Assembly (NCBI RefSeq): GCF_036588685.1
Contig: NC_086381.1
Span: forward strand, 34,720,001 to 34,784,000
From: Mytilus trossulus
Lineage: Eukaryota
Direction of reading: 5' to 3'
DNA length: 64,000 nt
Within the stretch, counting starts at the first letter, position 1; the number at the start of each line of letters is the position of its first letter. Below are positions 24,700 through 35,340 of the stretch, piece by piece. The notes below the pieces were generated by a model that was given only the letters and a program-made list of their open reading frames with translations, had not been told where the DNA came from and did no database searches. The position numbers and the translations under genes were made by a program.

Positions 24700-26775
24700 A
24701 TGGCAGAAAGTGAAGCACAATTTGAAACCTTTATGTAAGTTTTCTTCATATTGTTCTATACAAATTAATTCCGTTGAAATAGAGGCTGAAAATACCTCAG
24801 AGGGTAAAAACTCACAAGTCTAAGAAAAAACGATAAATATTTGAGAAAATAAGGAGAGACGAAGAAACAGTATATAAATTGAAATCACTACACTAAAACC
24901 CTAAAAGGACTGAGAAACATGCCAATTATGGTGTGTATCATTGGAATTATAGAAGACAAAACAAAATAATCAAACACATCCAAAAACAAAGTTATATGAA
25001 GCTGTTAAGTATATGCTCAGAAAAATAATATATATAACTCAGTCATTATATTCTGTTCGCTATGATCTCTTATGGGCGAAAGTGGCCGTTTGATGGCATT
25101 GACGGTAAATAATCTTGTTATGGACACAGATGATGGAGGGAAAAAAACATACAGGCTATATACATGTGCATTCATAGGAATACGCGTATACAAGAACGAT
25201 TATTAAAATGGCGTGTTTGTACAATGAAACGGGGCAAAACAACAATACACCAAAAAATAGCATTTTATTTATCATATTAAAGGTTCAATTAATTGATGAA
25301 GATACTTCTTTGTAAATTGAACAGAACTGACATCTTAAAGCCGGAACATATTTTCGTTGCAACTTCTAATTGATGCAGCTGTACCATCAATTGCTATTTT
25401 GGCTATATCCAATAGTATATGAATATTCATAAAACACTTCTTACTTTTGTAGTCCAGCAGGAGGCTATGTGATGATTTTAATAGCAACATTGATTGGTCT
25501 AGCTATTATAGGCGCTTTGATCTTCGTTATTATCCAGGGAAGGAGGGCAAAATCTCCAATATCTAGATGCCCTGAGAGCTCAACCAGTGGACCAAAACCT
25601 TCAGCTCTTGACTTCAACAAAACCATGGCATTTACTAGAGGTGATGCGTTTCTTCGTTGTTTTCTGTGTTCTGTTGTCTTTGGATTTTTCTAGCTTTGAA
25701 ACATTCAAAAATGTGTGTTTTTAAAATGTGTGTTTTCAAAATGTGTGTTTGTTCTTTCTTGTCTGTTTTACGTTCTACATACATTTGATGAAATGCACGT
25801 GGTGGATTGTTGGTTCATTCAATTCATTGTATAAAAATTTCAGAATAAAAATGATAGTTAGCTTTGCTGTTATGGCATACAAAATATAAATTATCAAACA
25901 CCTTTTTTATGAACATCTAACTATTTGCTTACTCGCAAATTGTTAAAGGGTTAAAAGAAATTAGCTTTTAAAACGCAAGTTTAATTTAATCATATATTCT
26001 TGCAGATAAATACTTCAAGGAGTCAAAGAAAAAAGAAATGAAAAAGAAAAAACCGTTTAGAAAATTCATAGGCCAACAACCCATCACGTCAGAAGAAAAA
26101 AGGCTATTTAACAATGGCGAGTCTTTAGGATCAAATTCAAGCTCGCTATGTAATGGAGAAGTTGAGCGGCAGTCACCGGAAGTTGTTTCGCGAAATAAAA
26201 TGATTTTGAAGAAATTCTTTTCTAATTCCTCCTCTAAAATCAATGCACTTAGCAAGCTATCTACTGTAGACCAGGGCAAGAAAAATCATACCACTGACCG
26301 ACATAATATGAAGGGGAAAACAAGTCCGAACAAACAGTTAAATCAGTCCGGAAAAACAAGTTCCTTATCAATTTCGAATATCGATGTTAGTCAGTCAATC
26401 GATACGAACACGGGATGGGATGTTGCAGCAAATAAATTTGGTCAATCATCACATACTAAAGGGTCGAAACGAATTGTTGGGGGTTTATCATCATTTGTTA
26501 AGGATAAGATAGTCCCAAACCCTCCAAATTCAGGATGGGATGTTGCAGCGTCAAAATTCGGACAAACATCCGAAGCAAAAGGATCTAAACGAATCGTTGG
26601 TGGTTTGCCAGCGTTTATGAAAGTAAAAATTCTCGAAGAAAGTAGAAAAAGAGAATCAGAAATGTTAAATGGAAACAAAAAGATGCAAAGCGTTCAGAAA
26701 AACTTCGGAATATCAGCAAATCCAAACAGATATGTGTGGACAAAAAAACATGTAAAATCGCAGAAAGGAGCGTAA
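24700..26775 (+). CDS. Unrecognised single-pass membrane protein, isoform A (330 aa, basic K/S-rich tail)
   Basis: Exons 24700-24734, 25453-25640 (TM YVMILIATLIGLAIIGALIFVII followed by QGRRAK) and 26006-26775 join in frame via GT-AG (phases 2,1). The last exon contains the 245-aa ORF. Confidence 0.65.
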
Positions 26776-28595
26776 AAACAATCATTTAATCTAAAATGAG
26801 ATTATTTTCAATCTTAACATTTGTTTAAAAACGAAAGGAAGGAAAATATATAAGTTGATTCGAAGTTGATTCGACAGTACCACATGTGCAACAATACAAT
26901 ATGTTAGCAAATACAACTGTCTATTAGTTGTTTATCTTTGAAAAGGAGTTTGTCTGGAAATGTGTATATAAACTTTGATAATACTATTTAAGAAATTTTC
27001 TTTTTTAAAAACTATAATTTATTGCAATCCATTAATATTTGCTCTTTATTACAAAATCGATTAGTGTTTGGACAATAATTTCTGCACTGAAGTAGAGACA
27101 AGTCCGAGTGTAAATCTATTATTGTCGTATTGATCTAAAAGCTGATAGTTTTAGTATTTAGGCAGCAGAGCTTTTATAGTCATCTATTGATATGTGAATG
27201 ACATGTTATTTTATATATTTTTGAACTTTTTTATTCCATTTTATACTAGTTTTTACTTAAGGACTGACTTTATATGCCTATATTATAAATACATCTACCA
27301 TTTTATGTTGAAACATGTTTTGTTCTTTTGGATGCTTTCCAAAGTATAATTAAATCAGTACTGTACATTATATTATATGAATTGTTGTTTTCACAGTATC
27401 ACTGAAGGATGACAGGATCGATACAGTGGACATTGAAAATGATACGGAACCAAAGACAAAAGAGGAAACAGAAACAAAAAAGGAGAGAGGAACAGCAGAC
27501 GACAACGGACTACCAGAAGAATCAGAAACAGATAAACCAAATGTTCCACCTCGTCAAACCCTTAAGCGATCGCTCTCCCGACAAGCTATAGCTACTCCCG
27601 AACAAACAGAAACAAACAGGTATAGTGTGATGAGTAATGCTTCGGTCATAACCAGACAGGCAAGCTGTTCTTCTATTTTGGTAAGAACATCACCTGATGA
27701 CGCTAAACGACCGGAGTCAACGAGACCAGAATCAACCATGGTAACTGTAGAGGAACATCCAGAAGGACCATCGGACGAAAATGTGGTACATAAGGGGCCT
27801 ACTCCGCCACCTTCAATTGAAAACAGTGCTACAAAACATCCCGAGAAGACAACTCCACCAACAGCTAAAGCACCTCTAAAACGAACGATGTCTAGAAACG
27901 CAATTGCCCCGATTCCTACCAACAAGCCTTTGAATAGACAAATGTCTAAAAGTAATATCACACCAGCTGCACCTGCTTACAAACCAATGAATCGGCAAAT
28001 GTCTAGAACGATGTCCAGATCTGTCTTGCGTATAGCAGAACATGCACCAGTTCCAAAACCTGTCATTCAAGAAGAACACGCCGAATCAAAAAAAGAGGAA
28101 ACACCAGCGACACAGATACAGGAAACACCAGCAACAAGTACTGAAACAACACAGAAACAGGAAACACAAGCGACCAGCATTGATATGACGACAGAGAAAA
28201 AGGAAACACAAGCGACCAGCATTGAATCGACCACACAGAAACAGGAAATACAAGAGGCCAGCATTGATATGACGACAGAGAAACAGGAAACACAAGAGAC
28301 CAGCATTGAATCGACGACACAGAAACAGGAAACACAAGAAACTAGCACTGAAATGACGTCAGAGAAAGGGGAAAATGAGGCAATTTCTAACCTTGCAGAT
28401 AATGAAAATAAAGAAACACCAGATGGAGAACAAAATACTCAAAAGGTTGAAAATCTAGTCGAGAGCGGAACCAAATCTGATGGAGAAGACTATGAAAAGA
28501 CTGGTGATGGGACAAAGACAGACGAAAAGGATGCCAAGGAAAAAGGGGTAAATGATAATATAATTGAGGACGTAGCTGAGATTCTAAACGCTTGA
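24700..28595 (+). CDS. Same gene, isoform B (473 aa, acidic E/T-rich low-complexity tail)
   Basis: The same first two exons spliced to the TTTTCACAG acceptor at 27396 (phase 1) run in frame into the 389-aa ORF ending at 28595. Contains 13-14 aa tandem repeats (TQKQETQATSI) at ~28090-28350. Confidence 0.75.
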
Positions 28596-31500
28596 ATCAG
28601 ACGTTTTTATTTTGTTTTAAGTTTTATTTGTTGTAGTTTTATTTGTTAGACTTTTTATTAAATATCTTTGATCGTTGACAATCATTCTTGAAGAAGTGTG
28701 TCAAACATTATATAAAGCATTTTTTTCTAATATCAGTGCTTGTTTGACATTTATTGGTATGAATAATATAAAGCATGAATTCTCTCCTAACTTATACCTT
28801 ACTTCCTCATTGATCTCAGCTTTCAGTTTTTAAACTGGCGAAAGTGCTAGGATATTTAATTTGGAATGGGCCTTTATTTGGTGTAACAACCTATCAATAT
28901 GGCTTTTGTTGATTTTTTGTTTTAAATTATCCAGATATCCCCTGACACCATTATGACATGTATATGAAAATGTTATGTTGAATGTTAACAAGAAATAACT
29001 CGGAGAATATTTATGAAAATAATTTAAAAAAGTTATTAATTATCGGTATTATCCCTGATACCTCTCTTGAGGGTCTTCACGCGGATTCTTACTTTCTCTA
29101 TTCTTTAAAGGCCCTTAATTTTTGTTATTTTTTAGAATCATTTTAAGGACTTTTTCATTTTCATGTTTTGCATACAAAGCTTCTTATCTAAAATCGTCAT
29201 GTCTAGATTGTTCTATTATTACATCTTCCTGTAATGAGATGATTTCATTTTTCTTTACATAGTTCATTCCATTTTCCACAGTAAATCTGTTTAATTTTGA
29301 ATCTATTTTTTCTATTCTTTATATATCTTGCTATTTTCCCTCCACTCATTAACTTTTTGTTGCCAATATTATCTATTCCAAAACCCCATTCCGACCCCTC
29401 ATTTATTATGCTCTTTTCAATTGTAACAGAAGATACAACCAAAGGATAAAATGTGATATTTTCTATGTTATTTTCATAATTCGCATCTTTAACAATTTAC
29501 CTCAAAGATTGATTATGTTATCTAAAATAAAAGTTTTCCTGTGATACAGTTGATATGTTATATGAGACTATTATTGTTGTTTATAAGATAATGTAGCATT
29601 ATAAATATTTCATAGTTATAGTCTGTTAGAATTTATATTTTTTATAAAGTTGCATTGATTGAAATAAAAAACGTGTCTTGTTAATTTATCTGTTAACCTT
29701 GTTACTAGGCAAATGAATTATTAAAGATTCAAATATTGGATTTTTTTTGTATCAAATATTTTCCATCAATTCAACATGTATCCATAAAAAACGTTATTCA
29801 GCAGTTGAAGTTGCTTTTAATACCACGTTACAAATTTCACAAGTTTCCAGAATTATTCATCGATGTTTATCACTTGCCCTATTTTTTAATTTGAGTTTGT
29901 AAGACATACTAGCTAACCTCCAACAGAAATGTTGGTTTAGTTTTTAGATTGTAGAAAAAACGACTTATACGACCGAAGGCAAAAACTGGAAAAGACTAAA
30001 CCACAAATTAGCAAAATGGTGATTATAGAAAATCATAAAACGCGTATATGTTAAAGCACAGTTTAAACACAGTAAGTGAAAACATGAAAACTTGTAAAGA
30101 AGAAAACTCAAAATAATGTATAATGACTTTAAAATTGTTTGTATCCTTCATTGTACTTATTTCTGTATAACATTCACATACTATGTAGGGTTATAAATCA
30201 ATTTGATTTTAGAATTATTTATGTCTTTAAACTTCTTCCACTATTGTTATTTACCTCTATGATATGTTATATATTGTTTATGATTGTTATACTTTGTACC
30301 TTCAATCATCTTAATAAACAAATTTGTTTTGAAAGATTCTTATTTTTATATTTACTCCTAAACATATTTCCGATTGTTACAACTGCTTCGTTGGAGGAGG
30401 TGTATATTAATCTAACTCTATTTGTCCTTTTCATGAAATCAGCATACCATTGATACGATGAAATAAAAATCAGATAGTTTAGCCTCAAGCTTCAGGTGTG
30501 CATGCTGTATGATGTCAAATGCCGAAAAAAAAACAAAAAACGGAAAGTTCCTTATCAAATGGCAACATCAAAAGTTCAAACACATGAAACTGACTTGTAG
30601 CAAGTATTTCCAACAATGTTTGAGTAAATCAAAACGAAATGCATTATGGGAAAATATGTCAAAAAATGTGGTATTGTGGTCAACTTGGTGTTTTAATCTT
30701 AATCACTATAAACGAATAACTTTTTTAACAAAGAAAAACGCAAAACGGCATAGGAAAACTCTTTAGACACAGTGTATAAGCAAAGACGAAATTCAAAAGT
30801 ACAAAAAGACCAGAGCACTAGAACACAATGACGGGATTAATAAAAACCTAGCTACGCTAAATGTATTCACCACAAATGGACTAAACAGAGAGGATAAAAA
30901 ATATAGCGACCAACAAAACTTTAAAACTTCAAAACAAAAAATTAAGAGAATAAACAACGTCAGTACCTAGACTCTACAAAATATACAAAAATATCGAACT
31001 CCGAGGAAATTGAAAACGGAAAGTTGGTAATCAAATGGCAAAATCAAAAGCTGATACACATCAAACGAACGAATAACAACTGTCATATATTTCTGACTTG
31101 GTTCAGACATTTTCTTATGTAGAAAATGATGGATAAAACCTGGTGTTATAGCTAGCGAAATCTCTCACTTGTATGACAGTTGCATAAAAATGCATTATAT
31201 TTACAACGATGGGTAAACAAAACAAACAGACAAACTACAGATTCCTATTTTTTGTCTGCTCTATGGTATGGTTGGTGTCTCTTTGAAACATTCTCCATTT
31301 CCATTCTCAATTATTTTCCTGTTTTTCGTCGGTTTTTATAAAACAAAAAAAGAGCTATACTTCATGGAGTAAGTTACAATTTGAGAAGCTCTTAATTTTC
31401 GCATTTTAATTTCTAGTGATCAATCATGTTCTCTCACTTCTCGATTATAACAAAGCCTTTCAACATTAATAGTTTTAATAGTATGTGCATGTCCTTTCAG

Positions 31501-32436
31501 AGCAATTTGAATATTAATTTCAATTAGAAAGGATTTTAATGTGACTACAGTGGAAACCGTATTCAAAAGAATGTTTTGAGTCATTTGACTATTTGGTCAT
31601 TCACCTGCTCATCGATGGTGTGTTTGATTTCATTCATTACATTATTGGTTATTGTACTCACAAAGTACCTAGGTAAACTCGTCTGTCTTTGTTTGTATTC
31701 AGTCTTAAGTAAGTGTTGTTCTTACTAGTTTCTTGTACAGTGAAATTTGTAATTATGAAAAAGACACAATGCATATAAGTGACTAATCACGAGATATTTT
31801 TGAATTTACAGGTTGGTTAGAACTTTTTGAAAAAATAAACGCTAACACATCATAGCAAGTGAGTAATCTATGTTTCAAGTTTTATAACAAAAATCGCGGT
31901 TTTAAAGACTGTGGATTTTCTATAAAAATCTTGATTCATTTGACACAAAGTCCTCTTTTTCTATTAAATGTAATGAAACAGTAAATGATAATGCTTTGCA
32001 TCAAGTTTCCCCTTGGTATGTGTACAAAATGGCCTACCTCTTATATTCATTATATCTGTAGTTTTGATACATTTGAAGTTTTAAAATTTCGTACAAAAAT
32101 GGCTACAGAAGTGGTCATAAACCTTAAGTTCATATCTGGTAAACAACAAATGTATTTGATGGAGAGTTATCTCACTGGAAATCATACCACACAGTCTTAT
32201 TGTATACGTTCGTCGGTTTTAGTAATAAAAAAAACGTTACATCTCATGGAGTAAGATACAATTTAAGAAGTTTTAATTTCCTGATTGATCTCTCGTATAC
32301 TCTTATTCCTTGATGTTATTACAATGCCCTTCGACATCAATAATTCTTATATTTGGTTCATGTTTTGAATGAACATTTTTCACAGCATGAATCTGAATAT
32401 TTGTATAACCTGTTATCTCCAAATGTATACATAATG

Positions 32437-33933
32437 TTACTCTATGTCGTACAGTGCAGCATACCCATCCGTTTCATTGCAAATTAATAAGCGGTCTCCT
32501 TGTGCGTCGTAGAATAGTCCTGTTGGCCAGTTAAGGCCATCCGATTCTCCACTCAACAATACTTTGTAACGTCGGCCATCGGGAGAAGTCACCATTACAT
32601 TGTTTGTTCTATAGCCGACAACAAAAACATTACCTTCGGCATCAGTCGCTATTCCCTGCTCTGAAACAACATTGTCATACCCGTAGCACCATAATTCATC
32701 GCCGTTAAAGTCACAGCAGTTTACGGTGTTTTCTGCCCAGTCAGTATAATAAATTTTATCGGCGTGAAGCGAAATATAAAAGACATGATCTACATTGATA
32801 GGAATGACGGCTATCAACATTCCAGCAATACTTATTACTTCAATTCCCTTTCTGTAGACCACGACGAAGAGATTCCCATCCCGATGGCAAATTCCCCAAC
32901 AATCATTTGCGGTTTTAATAATTCTATCACATTTATGTTTCGAAATGTCTAAAATTTCGAGTTGTCTGCCCCTACCATAGGTTACTGCAACTCGGCGGGG
33001 ATCGATTACAACAACATCGAATGGTTTACCGGAAACACTAATATCGTGGTGATGTGATCCCTCTTGGTCGTGAATTACAAGTCTTTCGTTTTTCTCATCG
33101 ACGAAAAGAAATTGGTTGCTTGGTAGTATAATACACTTCTGTACCGACAACTGGGCTTTATTCTTTATCCTTATGTCTGTTTTAACTTTCAGTCTTATTT
33201 CGGCAATATTTCTTGCAGGATTGAGGTTTAATTTCAAATCTTCATTTTTACAAGATAACTGTAATGATGGTGATTTTTCGGATATTGCAATTGCGCCAAA
33301 AGATTCAATTTCTAATACCATTAGTTCTGCTTCAGTACTGGCGTCAAATTCCAAATTTGAATGTTTTAAGCCATGAAGTAGAACAGTTATGGGTTTCGTA
33401 AGTCGCGTCAATTCTTTCTTTACCTTTTTTGCTATAATGAAATTTGTCGGAGATTTTTCTTCCTCGGTAATATTTTCAAAATTTATTATCAGTGACGCAA
33501 GCTTTGATTTCTTATTTTCAAGATCTTTAATGGTTTCCTCGATTTGAGCGGCGAGTTTGGTATGTGTATCTGATAAATCATCCATTAGATCTTGTTGCAA
33601 TCGATCAAGATGGTCATTGATCTTATCCCTAAAATGTTTAATGTCTGCTGCGATAGTATTCTTCTGCTCTTCAAGTTGTGTTCTGTTTTCTTTTTGATCT
33701 TGAAGAAAACTTTCTATATTTTTCTCCATGTCTGCAGAGGCTTGCTTAATGTCTGATAATTCACTGAGGTCAGCGTCTTTTGATATTTGATCAACGTCAA
33801 TTAAGTTACGACATCCTTCATGTTTGCTTTCAATGCATGACTCGCAGATGACTTCGTCGTGTCTCGGACAATAATAGTCAAGTTCCTTCCCATGAATAAT
33901 GCAATGGTCAAATTTCTCAGTCACTTCTGACAT
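32437..33933 (-). CDS. B-box / coiled-coil / NHL-like beta-propeller protein (RING-less TRIM-like), single coding exon, 498 aa
   Basis: B-box HCIIHGKELDYYCPRHDEVICESCIESKHEGC, then a heptad-rich helix, then NHL-like repeats (GIATDAEGNVFVVGYRTNNV; GLNWPTGLFYD). AG acceptor immediately before the ATG; candidate upstream exon donor near 36004. Confidence 0.9.
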   Translation of the reverse strand: MSEVTEKFDHCIIHGKELDYYCPRHDEVICESCIESKHEGCRNLIDVDQISKDADLSELSDIKQASADMEKNIESFLQDQKENRTQLEEQKNTIAADIKHFRDKINDHLDRLQQDLMDDLSDTHTKLAAQIEETIKDLENKKSKLASLIINFENITEEEKSPTNFIIAKKVKKELTRLTKPITVLLHGLKHSNLEFDASTEAELMVLEIESFGAIAISEKSPSLQLSCKNEDLKLNLNPARNIAEIRLKVKTDIRIKNKAQLSVQKCIILPSNQFLFVDEKNERLVIHDQEGSHHHDISVSGKPFDVVVIDPRRVAVTYGRGRQLEILDISKHKCDRIIKTANDCWGICHRDGNLFVVVYRKGIEVISIAGMLIAVIPINVDHVFYISLHADKIYYTDWAENTVNCCDFNGDELWCYGYDNVVSEQGIATDAEGNVFVVGYRTNNVMVTSPDGRRYKVLLSGESDGLNWPTGLFYDAQGDRLLICNETDGYAALYDIE

Positions 33934-34599
33934 CTTTGAAAAATCTGTATGCTAAAATTTAATATCAAATATAATTTTTTTATACCGTACAATTCTTTGT
34001 ATGTTTAGACCGGTATGTCAATCAATGACATTGTTTAAATAGTTATATACATTATCTAATTTTGCTTTGAAGTTTCTTTTGTTAACAGATGACAGAAACT
34101 ACCGAATATTATACTTATTTGGCCTTTTCAAATGTTTTTTTTTATTTGAGCGTCACTGATTAGTCTTTTTTTTAGACGAAACTCGCGTCTGACGCAAATA
34201 CTAAATTTTAATCCTAGTATATGTGATGAGTTTATATATCACTAGATTTCCGTTGTTTTTATTCTATGTGTCATTGCATTGGACTGTTATACAGGGTTTG
34301 TTTAAATTCATGCGATGGAGATTCATAAGTGCTCTCATGAAGTTTGTGAGTAAACACACCTCCCCTATTGCCTAAACATGAAACCCGATTTTATGGAGGA
34401 GTCTACTTGTTGTTCAAAAAAAAATACCAGAATTAGGCGTTATTTTTAAGAACAATGTTTTAGCGGTAGACGACATATGTCTGAGGTACGCACCACAGTT
34501 TAGGAAATAAAATTAGAATTGGCGAACTACAAAATGTTAAATCCTCTTCTATTCAAGGCTTTCCAAAACATTATGTTCAAGTTTGCGTCATAAATGTGG

Positions 34600-35340
34600 A
34601 TTTGTATGTATCTTTGTGCTTATAACGTGACTCTGTACTTTGAAAGATCCCGTCAGTGTGATATTTGTCTATAATATGTCATTATGATATATTTCTATTA
34701 TGAATTACTATATACGTTGAACCACAAACGTCAAAATCAATCAATGGCGTAGTGGAATTAACAATTTTTGGATTCTCATAAATTCTATGTATAACTTTTG
34801 GACTAGTTTGAATCTCGGTCTATTTCTGTAATTTATACTCACATACTTTTGATTTTTTTACCCTGTATGCGTACATTGCCTATGTAAATTTTAAAATTGT
34901 TTGTATGCACATTGAACGACAAATTTATGTGACGTATATAATTTTTCTGACGTCAGACACTCAAATCAATCCATGTGTTCGTAGATTATAATAGTAGATG
35001 TTTTTGTGTCCTGTTAAATTGTTCCTTTTAAAATTGTTATACGATGATGACTGATGTACCCATATTTTGACTATTTTATTAATTGTGACTGTTTATGTAA
35101 CGCATCATGTAAATGTAGCGGGATTTGATGAGACTGTTATTAAAGTGAGAGGGTTAGCGCTATAGAACCAGGTTTAATCCACCATTTTCTACATTTGAAA
35201 ATGCCTGTACCAAGTCAGGAATATGACAGTTCTTGTCCATTCGTTTTTGATGCGTTTTGTTTTTTGATTTTGCCATGTGATTATGGACTTTCCAAATTGA
35301 TTTTCCTCTGAGTTCAGTATTTTTGTAATTTTACTTTTTT
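34600..35340 (-). repeat. Long copy of a family B-related interspersed repeat in the 5' intron of the TRIM-like gene
   Basis: 35100-35340 is the reverse complement of the family B core. The upstream boundary is approximate. Confidence 0.65.

Noticed and set aside
26465-26605. KR-IVGG resembling a serine-protease activation site, twice
   Set aside because: No protease domain follows, and the positive-inside rule places this tail in the cytoplasm.
27554-28348. Several minus-strand ORFs, some Cys-rich
   Set aside because: Antisense shadows of the repetitive E/T/Q-rich exon.
29050-29480. Possible decayed ORF on the minus strand (ITFYPLVVSS...EWGFGID)
   Set aside because: Frameshifted, K/N-rich and without a diagnostic motif; cannot be assigned without a search.
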